A stretch of DNA of 64,000 bases, taken from positions 27,569-91,568 of the forward strand of contig CAZVRA010000001.1 of assembly GCA_964630055.1 (NCBI GenBank), in the 5' to 3' direction. Position 1 is the stretch's first letter; every line of letters starts with the position of its first letter. Source of the stretch: an uncultured Candidatus Saccharibacteria bacterium. GTDB taxonomy: Bacteria > Patescibacteriota > Saccharimonadia > Saccharimonadales > CAZVRA01. The notes beneath the pieces are model-generated. The model did no database searches. It worked only from the letters and a program-made list of their open reading frames with translations, and was not told the origin of the DNA. Positions 43,915 through 52,974 of the stretch are shown one piece after another. The position numbers and the translations under genes were made by a program.

Positions 43915-45693
43915 ATGGCAGAGCTTGAACCAGAACTTAAGCAGGAAAGTGCTCAAGGTGCTCAAAGCACCCCAACAACTGAGCCGTTTGACGATCACGA
44001 ATTAAATGCCGTAGTAGATGACATTGCCAGCAACGATAGCGATGCTCTTTTGGCTGCCGAAGATAAAGAGATCCAAAAGGCTTTTAACGAAGAGCCCCGC
44101 GTTAGCATAAAAACCAAAATAAATCGGGCAATAATTTCATGGTGGCAGAACAAAAAGCTAAGATACGCAAGCTTAAGTGCGTTGGCTGCAACAGTTGTTA
44201 TTCTGGCAATAGTGCCAACTACTCGCTACTTTTTCTTAAACTCATTTGGTGCCCGCGCTAGCGTCAACATGATTATTTACGATGAGTCAACCCACTTGCC
44301 ATTAAAAAACGCTCAGGTTTCGGTGGCCAATGCTTCGGGAAAGACAAATAACGAAGGCCAGATCAAGCTAGAGCATGTAAAACTGGGCAAAACTAACTTA
44401 ATTATCCAGAAAAAAGCTTATGCTTTAACAAAACGACCCATGACAGTGGGTTTAGGCAGCAATCCGCAGGGTAATATCGACATCAAGCCAGTTGGAGCGC
44501 AGTATAGTTTTGTTATAACCGATTGGTTGAGCGGCAAGCCAATCGAAAAAGCCGAAGCCTCTAGTGGCGATTACGAGTCTAGGTCAGATAAAGATGGCAA
44601 ATTATTATTAACGGTTGATGTTACAACCGATCAAAACCTAGACATAACCATCAAAACAAACGGCTATCGCAACGAAAAAATTCACCTAGACACCAATACT
44701 AATAACGAACAAAAAGTTCAGCTAGTACCAGGTCGCAAACATCTGTTCGTCAGCAAAAGGTCAGGAAAATACGATCTCTACAGGGTAGATGTTGATGGCA
44801 AAAATGAACAAGTAATTATTGCTGGAACTGGTAACGAGCGAAACGACATAGCTATTGTGCCCCATCCAAAGGAGGAGGTGGCGGCCTTTGTATCTACCCG
44901 CGACAATGTGCGCGATAGTGATGGCTACCAGCTAAGCACGCTGACTTTTGTTAATATCGAAGATAACTCTACTAAATCGGTTATCCAATCGCAAAGAATT
45001 CAGGTTTTGGGATGGTCCGATAGTAAGTTAGTTTTTGCCCAAATTACTGCCGGTGCCAGCGGATCTAACCCTAACCGACAAAAAATAATAACTTACGACT
45101 ACAAAAGCGGCGACAAAAAGGAGTTAGTTAGCCTCAATAACTTAAATGATGTCATGATGATTGGCAACGATATTTACTACGCGCCTTCGTCTTATCTAGG
45201 CGGGTCGCAAGTAGGATTGCAGAAAATATCGGCCGATGGTGCTAATCGTCGGACTTTACTCGACAAAGAAGTCTGGACAATAATTCGTAGTAGTTACGAT
45301 AAATTAGATCTCGGTGGCGGGCAGCAGTGGTACGGTTATAAAATTGGCGACAGTGGCGCAACCAAGCTGTCTGGTCAGCCAGCCAGTCTTAAGAATCGAC
45401 TATATACTACAAGTTCCGATGGGGGTAACGCTCTGTGGGTGGATGAACGCGATGGCAAAGGGGTTTTGCTGCTTAGTAGTGTCGGCGCTAATGCCACGGC
45501 CGAGGATAAGATTATGCATAGTCAAAGTGGACTTCAGGTACCAGTTCGCTGGTTAAACGATAGTTCAGTTGTTTATAGGGTGCAAACTGCTTCCGAAGTG
45601 GCCGATTACGTTTTAAGTACCGATGGCGGCAGCGCTCATAAAATAAGGGACGTTACAGCGACAACCGGTGCGAATCGCTGGTATTATTACTAA
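43915..45693 (+). CDS. Membrane-anchored envelope protein: acidic N-terminus, one TM helix, CarboxypepD_reg/PEGA-like beta-sandwich domains, TolB-like beta-propeller
   Basis: TM helix ASLSALAATVVILAIV. VSVANASGKTNNEGQIKLEHVKLGKTNLII is of the CarboxypepD_reg type. FVSKRSGKYDLYRVDVDGKNEQVII is a TolB/PD40-like blade. Confidence 0.55.
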   Translation: MAELEPELKQESAQGAQSTPTTEPFDDHELNAVVDDIASNDSDALLAAEDKEIQKAFNEEPRVSIKTKINRAIISWWQNKKLRYASLSALAATVVILAIVPTTRYFFLNSFGARASVNMIIYDESTHLPLKNAQVSVANASGKTNNEGQIKLEHVKLGKTNLIIQKKAYALTKRPMTVGLGSNPQGNIDIKPVGAQYSFVITDWLSGKPIEKAEASSGDYESRSDKDGKLLLTVDVTTDQNLDITIKTNGYRNEKIHLDTNTNNEQKVQLVPGRKHLFVSKRSGKYDLYRVDVDGKNEQVIIAGTGNERNDIAIVPHPKEEVAAFVSTRDNVRDSDGYQLSTLTFVNIEDNSTKSVIQSQRIQVLGWSDSKLVFAQITAGASGSNPNRQKIITYDYKSGDKKELVSLNNLNDVMMIGNDIYYAPSSYLGGSQVGLQKISADGANRRTLLDKEVWTIIRSSYDKLDLGGGQQWYGYKIGDSGATKLSGQPASLKNRLYTTSSDGGNALWVDERDGKGVLLLSSVGANATAEDKIMHSQSGLQVPVRWLNDSSVVYRVQTASEVADYVLSTDGGSAHKIRDVTATTGANRWYYY

Positions 45694-45715
45694 ATTTTTG
45701 TGTTAATCTATAAGC

Positions 45716-46387
45716 ATGAGCTTTTTTAACAACATTAACAATACTTCCAGCGCTTCATTTAGACCAAAAACAGGAGTCCGCAGCATGATGATGCTGATTA
45801 GCACCGTTCTTGCTGTTGCAGTTTGCGCAATGATCGTCTTTTGGGCATTCAAATTATCTATGGCCGAAAAAAACCGGCGCTTAAATGACCTAAGCGGCAA
45901 TACAGATTCAGGCCAAGCGCCCATCCCTAGCGACGGAAATAGTGCTGGATCATCTGGTCAAGCGCCAGATAGTTCGGGGCAGGCAAGCACACCTGGTGCA
46001 GCTGGAGCAGCGGGTGGAACAGCGGGTGGTAGGACTAGGTCGGGTGCTGCGCCCGGCGGTAGTGCACCAACTGGCGCCGGTTCGTCTAGCCAATCCATAG
46101 GCACTGCTTGTGGGGTGGTTGGTATGCCAGAAGGTGTTTGTACCGCCATGAACTCTATCGAGCAATCAGGTGTCAAAAATAGCCCCTATGTCGATCAGAC
46201 TAACGCGGCTAGTCTACCCGATGGCGTAACCGTTTCAATCAATAAGTCGAGCTGGTCTATGCAGGCCGTCAATCAGGGAACAGCTAGCTTTACAGCTCAA
46301 TATAACGGCCAGACCTACACTGGTGTGGCAACATTTAATAATGCTTCTGGATCTTGGCGGGCCGTTAGTGTGGTATTGAACCAATAA
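45716..46387 (+). CDS. Membrane-anchored protein with a Gly/Ala/Ser-rich linker, unknown function
   Basis: One TM helix (MMLISTVLAVAVCAMIVFWAF), a low-complexity G/A/S/P stretch and a C-terminal globular domain of about 90 aa. Confidence 0.5.
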   Translation: MSFFNNINNTSSASFRPKTGVRSMMMLISTVLAVAVCAMIVFWAFKLSMAEKNRRLNDLSGNTDSGQAPIPSDGNSAGSSGQAPDSSGQASTPGAAGAAGGTAGGRTRSGAAPGGSAPTGAGSSSQSIGTACGVVGMPEGVCTAMNSIEQSGVKNSPYVDQTNAASLPDGVTVSINKSSWSMQAVNQGTASFTAQYNGQTYTGVATFNNASGSWRAVSVVLNQ

Positions 46388-46407
46388 GTAATAGGCAGAC
46401 AATTTTT

Positions 46408-46623
46408 ATGAGAGAAGATTTTAACCCACTAGATTTAAGTCCTGCGCCACCGCCGCAGGTTAATACTGTTGTCAAAGCTCCCAAGGCAACCGTTCACCGG
46501 GTTTCTATTGGCCCCTTAATTCGCTCCAAATTTGTTAGATTAATTGTTTTGGCAGCCATTCTGTTTTTTTTGGCCTTTGGGTCTTACTTTGGCGTGTCGT
46601 GGTATTTGCTGAATCGCACCTAG
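46408..46623 (+). CDS. Small C-terminally anchored membrane protein, unknown function
   Basis: 71 aa with a single TM helix (LIVLAAILFFLAFGSYFGVSWYLL). Confidence 0.35.
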   Translation: MREDFNPLDLSPAPPPQVNTVVKAPKATVHRVSIGPLIRSKFVRLIVLAAILFFLAFGSYFGVSWYLLNRT

Positions 46624-46670
46624 GTAAAATTGTCGCCATAACACGCCATAAATTATTTGTGGTTGAGCTG

Positions 46671-46701
46671 TTGACCAGCACCAGCATCCCTGTGTTACAA
46701 T
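46671..46701 (+). promoter_or_regulatory. Promoter TTGACC-19-TGtTACAAT with a 32-nt leader carrying an SD
   Basis: TTGACC at 46671-76 and TGtTACAAT at 46693-701. The leader carries AAGGA before ATG 46734. Confidence 0.4.
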
Positions 46702-46733
46702 ATGTTTATTAAACATAAGGACAATAACTGAAG

Positions 46734-47603
46734 ATGAAAAAAATCCACCTCATACTTAGGTTGACCGGTAGTTTTGTCGGTCTGGCTGCTATTGTGCTGG
46801 CCCCAATGACTGTAGCTGCCGCAACTACCAATACAACCACCACTAATACCACAGCACCAGCCAGTACCTCACAGACTACAACTAGCACTAACAGTACCAA
46901 CCCTGCAAATAGCACCGCCAACACCATTACCACTACTAAGAGTGAGGAAATGCAGGAGTACGAAAAGTTGGTTGAGGGGGTCAAAAAAACTCCCCAAGCC
47001 GATCGCCTAAAGTCTAGGCTGGCCGAGCTTAAGGTTAAGTTAACAGATGTCGAGACAGCAAAGTATAAGGCAAAGTGTATGGCTGCTCAAAATACGGTAC
47101 GAACTACCGAAAAGCAGGTCGACGGCGGAGTCACCTCCCGTATAGGCGCCTACAATGAACTGCTTAAGCACCTAGACGACCTCACAGCAAAAATCAAGGC
47201 AGGCGGCAAGGATACGACAGAGCTTTCCAAGGAGCGAGGAATTTTGGCCGAAAAGATCAGTCTTTTTAAAACCGATTTGGCCAAATACAAAGTAGCTCTT
47301 AATGACTTGGGCGCACTTGGTTGTCAGGCCGATCCCACAGCTTTTAAAGCTACGCTAGAGTCGGCTCGGGCAGCCAGGCTAGCTGTTGCCAAAGATGCGG
47401 CCGACATACGGACTTATGTTAATGGCCCTATCAAGACCACACTAAAAGATCTGCGAACTAAGATTGATCCGGAGTCTAGTGCAGCCAACTCCAGCACCAC
47501 TACTAATACCACTACTAATCCCAGCACCAACAGCGGCACTAATAGTACAAATAGCACCACCCAAAACGGCAATAATTCAACAACTAAAACGGGGACTAAC
47601 TAA
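46734..47603 (+). CDS. Secreted helical/coiled-coil protein with Thr/Asn-rich termini
   Basis: Signal peptide (...APMTVAAA). TTNTTTTNTTAPASTSQTTTSTNSTNPANSTANTITTT at the N-terminus and SSTTTNTTTNPSTNSGTNSTNSTT at the C-terminus. The core is heptad-like. Confidence 0.55.
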   Translation: MKKIHLILRLTGSFVGLAAIVLAPMTVAAATTNTTTTNTTAPASTSQTTTSTNSTNPANSTANTITTTKSEEMQEYEKLVEGVKKTPQADRLKSRLAELKVKLTDVETAKYKAKCMAAQNTVRTTEKQVDGGVTSRIGAYNELLKHLDDLTAKIKAGGKDTTELSKERGILAEKISLFKTDLAKYKVALNDLGALGCQADPTAFKATLESARAARLAVAKDAADIRTYVNGPIKTTLKDLRTKIDPESSAANSSTTTNTTTNPSTNSGTNSTNSTTQNGNNSTTKTGTN

Positions 47604-47605
47604 CT

Positions 47606-48334
47606 ATGGATGATATAATGCGACCAAAACCGGGCAGCCAGCCCAGTACAACTTTATCTCCAGCAGCCAATGGCTCTAGCCCTGTGGCGGGCGTTGGTGC
47701 TAGCGCTGGGGTTGGGTCAAGCCCATCGTCGATTCCGGTGAATTTTGGAGACACTCCAGGTGCTTCTGGTGCTGCACCTAGCAGTGCAGCTCCGTCTGCG
47801 CAAAGTACGGAGAATGTGGTGAACATTACTCCCACACCTGTTGCATCGGCTCAAGAGCCAACTCCTGCCAACCCAGCTGATCCCATGACGGCTATAAATG
47901 CCAACGATAACACGCCACGCCAAACTGGTGCTGGTTTGGATTTCTCTTCGCTCTCCGATAGTGATGCCAAAGATTTAGGTATTGCTAAAACAGCCGAGCC
48001 AGCTCCGGCAGCTCCCCTGGGCGCAACTAATACTAATATGAGCGCTTATCCAACAGGTCAGCCGCGCAAGCGCAATAATAAGCTGGCCATAGCTATAATC
48101 GCTACTTTGGTAGTCCTGGCTGTTGGCGGCGGCGGTGCCTTTGCTTATTTGCAAACTCGTAAAAAACCCGCGCCTACTACCAAAACAACTCAAACCGCTG
48201 CGCCTACTGTTAGTTCGGTTAAAGCAACTGACGTTGACAAAACGGCCGCCGACCTAGATGCTACCATGAAGAAAATCGACGACACCAAAGAGTATACAGC
48301 CAACGATCTTGCCGATACTACGCTTGGCTTGTAA
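47606..48334 (+). CDS. Pro/Ala/Ser-rich protein with one TM helix near the C-terminus, unknown function
   Basis: A low-complexity N-terminal 150 aa, TM helix LAIAIIATLVVLAVGGGGAFAYL and a short C-terminal domain. It starts 2 nt after the preceding gene. Confidence 0.5.
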   Translation: MDDIMRPKPGSQPSTTLSPAANGSSPVAGVGASAGVGSSPSSIPVNFGDTPGASGAAPSSAAPSAQSTENVVNITPTPVASAQEPTPANPADPMTAINANDNTPRQTGAGLDFSSLSDSDAKDLGIAKTAEPAPAAPLGATNTNMSAYPTGQPRKRNNKLAIAIIATLVVLAVGGGGAFAYLQTRKKPAPTTKTTQTAAPTVSSVKATDVDKTAADLDATMKKIDDTKEYTANDLADTTLGL

Positions 48335-48376
48335 TCTGTAAAAAAGCAGCTAAATAAAATAATCTAGAAATCTAGG

Positions 48377-49699
48377 CTAGACGAAATTGGCCCGCAGCCA
48401 CTCGTCTAGGCTGTCGCCGCCACCACCGGCCATGCCAACAACCATGTCGCCGGCCGCCAAATGTTGTCTGATTACTGCGGCTAATTTTTCATCACGCTCC
48501 ATGGCTACAGCAATCGACGGGTCGGCCAGCTGCTCAATTAGCTCAATAGGAGGTATTATCCGTTGATCTGGGTCTTCGCGCGCTAAATAGCTTGGTATCC
48601 AGTATAATTTGTCAGCTCCCGCGAAACAGTCTCCATAGTCGTTCAGCATGTGGTGTTGCCGACGGTTGGTTAACGGTTCGTAAACAATAACTAGCTTTCC
48701 AGACGGTTTGGGTTTTAGGCTTTTGTCTTGGGTGCGTGCTTGGCACAGCTCTCGGGCGGCCGACAGACCGCCTCGTATTTTTTCGGGCGTGTGTGCATAA
48801 TCACTAAAAAGTCCCGGCGCTATTTCTTCCATGCGCCGTTGAAGACCAGGGAATTTATTAATGTGGTTTATTAGCTGGGCTAAGGGGATTTTGGTTACTT
48901 CATGAACGGCTTGTATTGCTAGCCAAGCATCTAGCCGGTTGTAGCGGCCGAGTATGGTCAATTTGGCAATGTCTGGGTGATCTGGGTCCAGTACCTCGAG
49001 TTTTTTGGTGCTATTTAAGCCCAAATAATCGTAGTCCTCGCACCAAATAAAAGAATAATCGGACTGAGCCAAAAAATCTCGGAATGCCTGGTTATAATTG
49101 TCTCTGGTGGGGAAGATCTCGTGGTGATCCCAAGAAACTCCAGTTATAAGCGAAACATGCGGTTTAAAGGCCAAGAAATTACGGTCGAATTCGTCACATT
49201 CGTAAACAAAAAACTGACCAACCGAATCAAATGCCCCCATGTCGGCAAAACTGGTTTTGGCAGGCAAAATGTAGCTGATTGGCTGGCCAATAGCTTTTAG
49301 TAGCCAAACAACCATGGCGGTGGTGGTCGTTTTGCCGTGTGTGCCGGCAATAGCAATTAGTTTTTGGTTTTTGTCACTAAGTATTTTGTTTAGTAGCTCA
49401 TCACGTTTACTTCGGCGGATACCTTGTTGGTCAACAAAAGCAAACTCTGGCGCATTTGGGTTTTCTTTGCTAACTGCCGAAGAATAAACATACCAATCTA
49501 TTGGTTGATTTTTGTGGACAGTCTCGATTTGTTCGCGGGATTGCCCAATATGAATATTTTTAATACCGTGCTTTTTTAAATAAGCAATATACTGCGAATC
49601 TTGCTTATCGGATCCAGAAACTGTGTAGCCGGCCTGCTTAGCAACCATTGCCAGCGGACCCACACCAGCTCCGCCAATACCGCTAAAGAAAATGTGCAT
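48377..49699 (-). CDS. Mur ligase family enzyme (MurC- or Mpl-like UDP-N-acetylmuramate ligase)
   Basis: MHIFFSGIGGAGVGPLAMVAKQAGYTVSGSD (MurC/Mpl N-terminal Rossmann) and the P-loop IAIAGTHGKTTTTAMV. No other mur genes are nearby, so I cannot separate MurC from Mpl. Confidence 0.7.
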   Translation of the reverse strand: MHIFFSGIGGAGVGPLAMVAKQAGYTVSGSDKQDSQYIAYLKKHGIKNIHIGQSREQIETVHKNQPIDWYVYSSAVSKENPNAPEFAFVDQQGIRRSKRDELLNKILSDKNQKLIAIAGTHGKTTTTAMVVWLLKAIGQPISYILPAKTSFADMGAFDSVGQFFVYECDEFDRNFLAFKPHVSLITGVSWDHHEIFPTRDNYNQAFRDFLAQSDYSFIWCEDYDYLGLNSTKKLEVLDPDHPDIAKLTILGRYNRLDAWLAIQAVHEVTKIPLAQLINHINKFPGLQRRMEEIAPGLFSDYAHTPEKIRGGLSAARELCQARTQDKSLKPKPSGKLVIVYEPLTNRRQHHMLNDYGDCFAGADKLYWIPSYLAREDPDQRIIPPIELIEQLADPSIAVAMERDEKLAAVIRQHLAAGDMVVGMAGGGGDSLDEWLRANFV

Positions 49700-49770
49700 A
49701 TGTTTATAGTACAGGGGTGGTGGCTGTGGTGCAAGAGCTCCTGGGTGCTAGGCGGCAAGTTTGCATCACA

Positions 49771-50382
49771 TTAAATGTCCTGAAGCTCGGCTTTAACCCA
49801 TTTTTCTAGGCCAAAACGAATAACAAACAAAGCCAGCGAGACGCTAGTAACAACCAGCGACCAGCCAGCCAAATCTGGACTCCAAAGCGGCGAAACAAAA
49901 TCAAATTTATATAAACTATCTGGTATTGGTTGTTCCTGAATGCCACGCTTAGATACATAATCGGTTACACATGGTATGCGGCCGCTGCCAGAAAGCCCTT
50001 TGGGAAACAATCTTTCGCACTCAATCTGAGCCTCGTTATAAGTTTTGGTGTTGGCCGAATTAACGCGGCTTTTTTCGGTGGCCAAGAGCTGTTCGTAGCG
50101 GTATTTAAGTTGAATCGGTGGCTTGATGGCTGTTGGACCGCTAGCTAGATCTGTGTTCATATGTCCATAAATATATTGGCGAAGGTTGCGCAGGGCAGTC
50201 TCGACATCTCCGTTATCTTGGTCAGCTTTACTCACTTGGTCGCGAAGTTTAAGAGCAGTCATATTGTTGTTGCGCAGCGCCATTATGCAAACAACGCCGC
50301 TAATTACCGCTACACCCAAAAATAACCAAGGACTAACGGTCCTGAGTTGTCGCAAGAATCGTTTAAAAAAACGCTTATCCAT
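49771..50382 (-). CDS. Hypothetical protein with N- and C-terminal TM helices
   Basis: Start chosen at MDKRFFKRF (50382). The track start at 50601 would overlap the divergent small gene and its promoter. Confidence 0.45.
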   Translation of the reverse strand: MDKRFFKRFLRQLRTVSPWLFLGVAVISGVVCIMALRNNNMTALKLRDQVSKADQDNGDVETALRNLRQYIYGHMNTDLASGPTAIKPPIQLKYRYEQLLATEKSRVNSANTKTYNEAQIECERLFPKGLSGSGRIPCVTDYVSKRGIQEQPIPDSLYKFDFVSPLWSPDLAGWSLVVTSVSLALFVIRFGLEKWVKAELQDI

Positions 50383-50546
50383 AAGCACTATACTACAGAT
50401 TAAACATCTTTTAGTACAGATAGACAGATATTTTATTGCATATTTAACAGGGGTAGTAAGCATAAAAGTTGTTTTTTGCTGTTGACAATCACCTTTCAAC
50501 AGGGGTATGGTAGTGGGGCCAACTAAAGAAAGAGAGGGAGAGTAAG

Positions 50547-50747
50547 ATGGCAGCATACAAGCACACAAACTCAAAAGGGGTAACATACTACCTAAACTCA
50601 AAGAAGGTCACACTTCGCGGCGGTAAAGAACAAACTATTTACTATTTCAGTAAAGACCAGCGACCAGAGGCCACGGCTTTGCCAGATGGTTTTAGCGTCA
50701 ACGAAAACCCACGCAACGGCTTTCTGACCGTCAAGCGCGACAGATAG
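50547..50747 (+). CDS. Small (66 aa) basic protein, unknown function
   Basis: Good SD (GAGGGAGAG) before the ATG. A TTGACA-18-TATGGT promoter lies at 50482-50511. A strong terminator follows. Confidence 0.5.
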   Translation: MAAYKHTNSKGVTYYLNSKKVTLRGGKEQTIYYFSKDQRPEATALPDGFSVNENPRNGFLTVKRDR

Positions 50748-50782
50748 TAGTACTCGCTTTTAAAATAGAGTATTCAATAAAA

Positions 50783-50812
50783 CCCCTCCATAGTTTGGAG
50801 GGGTTTTACTTT
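50783..50812 (+). terminator. Intrinsic terminator
   Basis: CCCCTCC-atagttt-GGAGGGG followed by TTTTACTTT. Confidence 0.7.
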
Positions 50813-50824
50813 GCATATTCAGAC

Positions 50825-50833
50825 TGATACAAT
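50825..50833 (+). promoter_or_regulatory. Extended -10 box (TGaTACAAT), 8 nt upstream of ATG 50842; leaderless-type
   Basis: Reads acTGaTACAAT-acataaat-ATG. A -35-like TTTACT lies 17 nt upstream. Confidence 0.45.
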
Positions 50834-50841
50834 ACATAAAT

Positions 50842-51609
50842 ATGAGCAAATCCTTTGATAATATTGTCCATGTTCGGGATCTTACCAAAATATACGACGG
50901 TAAAAAAGTAGTTAAAGGCATTAGTTTTGAGGTCAAAAGAGGCGAAGTATTCGGCATTTTGGGCCCCAATGGTGCCGGCAAAACCACCACTTTAGAAATG
51001 ATGGAGGCTCTGCGCCCTATCGATGGTGGTAGCGTTGTTATTGACGGTATAGATGTGGCCAAGGAGCCATACCAACTGCGCCGGATTATTGGGGTGCAAC
51101 CTCAGTCGCCTAGTTTTCAGGACAAAACCAAGCTTAGCGAACTTATCGAGATGTTCGCCGCTGCTTATGGCCAAAAAGTTCGGGTCAATAGCTTTTTGGA
51201 AGACGTTCAGTTGCTAGACAAAAAGAATGCCTACGTCGAAAGCCTGTCGGGCGGGCAACGGCAGCGTTTTTCTATTGCTGCGGCCCTAGTTCACAACCCT
51301 AAAGTCTTCTTTTTGGACGAACCAACTACCGGCCTAGACCCGCAAGCCCGGCGTAATCTTTGGGACCTTATCCGCGAGGTGCGCGACCGCGGCGTCACGG
51401 TTATAATCACCACTCATTATATGGACGAGGCCGAAATACTCTGCGACAGGATTGCCATTATGGACCGCGGCAAAATTGTTAAACTAGATACGCCCAAAAA
51501 CCTAATTCGCCAACTGCTAGACAAAGGCTTCGAAAAAGCCCAACAGGTGCAACAGGCCAACCTAGAGGACGTTTTTATTGACCTAACCGGAAGGGGACTT
51601 CACCAATGA
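50842..51609 (+). CDS. ABC transporter ATP-binding protein (ABC-2/DrrA-like exporter subfamily)
   Basis: Walker A GPNGAGKTT, signature LSGGQRQR and Walker B VFFLDEPTTGLD. Confidence 0.85.
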   Translation: MSKSFDNIVHVRDLTKIYDGKKVVKGISFEVKRGEVFGILGPNGAGKTTTLEMMEALRPIDGGSVVIDGIDVAKEPYQLRRIIGVQPQSPSFQDKTKLSELIEMFAAAYGQKVRVNSFLEDVQLLDKKNAYVESLSGGQRQRFSIAAALVHNPKVFFLDEPTTGLDPQARRNLWDLIREVRDRGVTVIITTHYMDEAEILCDRIAIMDRGKIVKLDTPKNLIRQLLDKGFEKAQQVQQANLEDVFIDLTGRGLHQ

Positions 51610-52715
51610 GCGGTAAACTGCATACGGTTTTAGTGTTTATCAAGATCAACACTCGCCGGTTTTTCCGTGACCGGCTGGCAATTTTCTTTACTGTGGCTTT
51701 TCCGCTAATTTTCCTGGCGGTTTTTGGTGGAATTTTTGGCAAAAATAGTGATGTCAGCTTTAGAGTTGCTGTTATAAACCAATCCAAAAGCCAATTTGCC
51801 GGCGATTTTGCCAAGCAGCTGCACGAAACCAAATCGTTTAAGGTCAACGAACAAGTAACTACCATACCTCAGGCAAAAGAACGCATGAACAGGGGCGAAA
51901 TAGATGCCGCCATAGTCTTGCCAGAAGATTTTGGCCAGGTTGTTAATGGCAACAGCTATCCATCTGGCCAGGCTCAGGTGCTTTATAGCCAAAATAGCGC
52001 CCAGGCCGGCAACACCTTAGTGTCGGTCATGGACGGCGTTATGAAGGGCATAAACACCCAGTTTACGCACGCGGCAGCGCCGTTTAGTGTAAAAGGCGAG
52101 CAAACAAACGACCGCGGCTTGTCGTCGTTCGACTACACGTTTTCGGGTCTGTTGGGCTTTTCCATACTTGGTATCGGCATTTTTGGGCCAATGAATGTAT
52201 TTCCGGAGCTCAAAAAGCAGGGAATTTTGCGCCGCTTGCACACTACTACCCTTAGAGTTTGGCAGTATTTTATGGCCACCATGGTGTCCCAGGCCCTTAT
52301 TGGCCTACTTTCGTTTGCTATTCAGTTTGCGGTGGCGATTTCGCTGTTTAAGTTGCGGGTAGTCGGCAACTTTGGCGAGCTAGCTATTTATCTGCTAGCT
52401 AGCACTATAATGATTTTGGGTATCGGCTTGGCGCTGGGCGGTTGGGCCAAAAACGAGCGCCAAGTAGCGCCGCTTGGCAACATTATTACGTTTCCGATGA
52501 TGTTTTTGTCTGGTACCTTTTTCCCACGGTTTCTAATGCCCGACTGGCTGCAAAAAGCCTCGTCCTACTTGCCGCTAACCCCAGTTATCGACGGTATCCG
52601 CCTAATTGCTAACGAGGGCAAACACCTCAACCAGCTAGGGCCGCAACTATCGATGATCGCCATCTGGACACTAGTAATCTACGTAATTGCCTTTCGCGTT
52701 TTCCGCTGGGAATAG
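51606..52715 (+). CDS. ABC-2 type transporter permease
   Basis: One N-terminal TM helix, a large external loop and five C-terminal TM helices. It has a 4-nt overlap with the ATPase gene. Confidence 0.75.
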   Translation: MSGKLHTVLVFIKINTRRFFRDRLAIFFTVAFPLIFLAVFGGIFGKNSDVSFRVAVINQSKSQFAGDFAKQLHETKSFKVNEQVTTIPQAKERMNRGEIDAAIVLPEDFGQVVNGNSYPSGQAQVLYSQNSAQAGNTLVSVMDGVMKGINTQFTHAAAPFSVKGEQTNDRGLSSFDYTFSGLLGFSILGIGIFGPMNVFPELKKQGILRRLHTTTLRVWQYFMATMVSQALIGLLSFAIQFAVAISLFKLRVVGNFGELAIYLLASTIMILGIGLALGGWAKNERQVAPLGNIITFPMMFLSGTFFPRFLMPDWLQKASSYLPLTPVIDGIRLIANEGKHLNQLGPQLSMIAIWTLVIYVIAFRVFRWE

Positions 52716-52784
52716 AGCCAATTACTGCACCTAGGCTTATGGTTGTCGTGCATAACCCAGCAGTTAGACATAACCATAAGAGAG

Positions 52785-52793
52785 TGTTATAAT
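52785..52793 (+). promoter_or_regulatory. Extended -10 box (TGtTATAAT), 7 nt upstream of ATG 52801; -35-like TAGACA 17 nt upstream
   Basis: Reads TAGACA-17-TGtTATAAT-tatcaaa-ATG. Confidence 0.5.
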
Positions 52794-52800
52794 TATCAAA

Positions 52801-52974
52801 ATGACAAACCAAACACCCAACAATTTAACCCCAGACAACAATAATTATGACTTCCTAGCCGATGGTTCAAATAGTGTTCTGCCTCGCCCAGGTGACTGGA
52901 GTCACCATAGTGACGAACAAATAGCAATCAACCGAAGCTGTGCAGCCAACACTACCTGGCATGGAAGGTCATAG
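52801..52974 (+). CDS. 57-aa ORF at a leaderless-type start; possibly the true 5' end of the next gene, in a different frame
   Basis: Hand translation gives MTNQTPNNLTPDNNNYDFLADGSNSVLPRPGDWSHHSDEQIAINRSCAANTTWHGRS. It overlaps the 52940 ORF out of frame. Confidence 0.3.
   Translation: MTNQTPNNLTPDNNNYDFLADGSNSVLPRPGDWSHHSDEQIAINRSCAANTTWHGRS

Noticed and set aside
46709-46984. Minus-strand ORFs opposite low-complexity coding regions (46709-46984, 45950-46176, 47596-47835, 47717-47923).
   Set aside because: They are mirror images of Thr/Asn- or Gly/Ala-rich codon repeats, which give poly-Val or poly-Arg-type artefacts. The plus-strand ORFs have signal peptides or TM helices and operon spacing.
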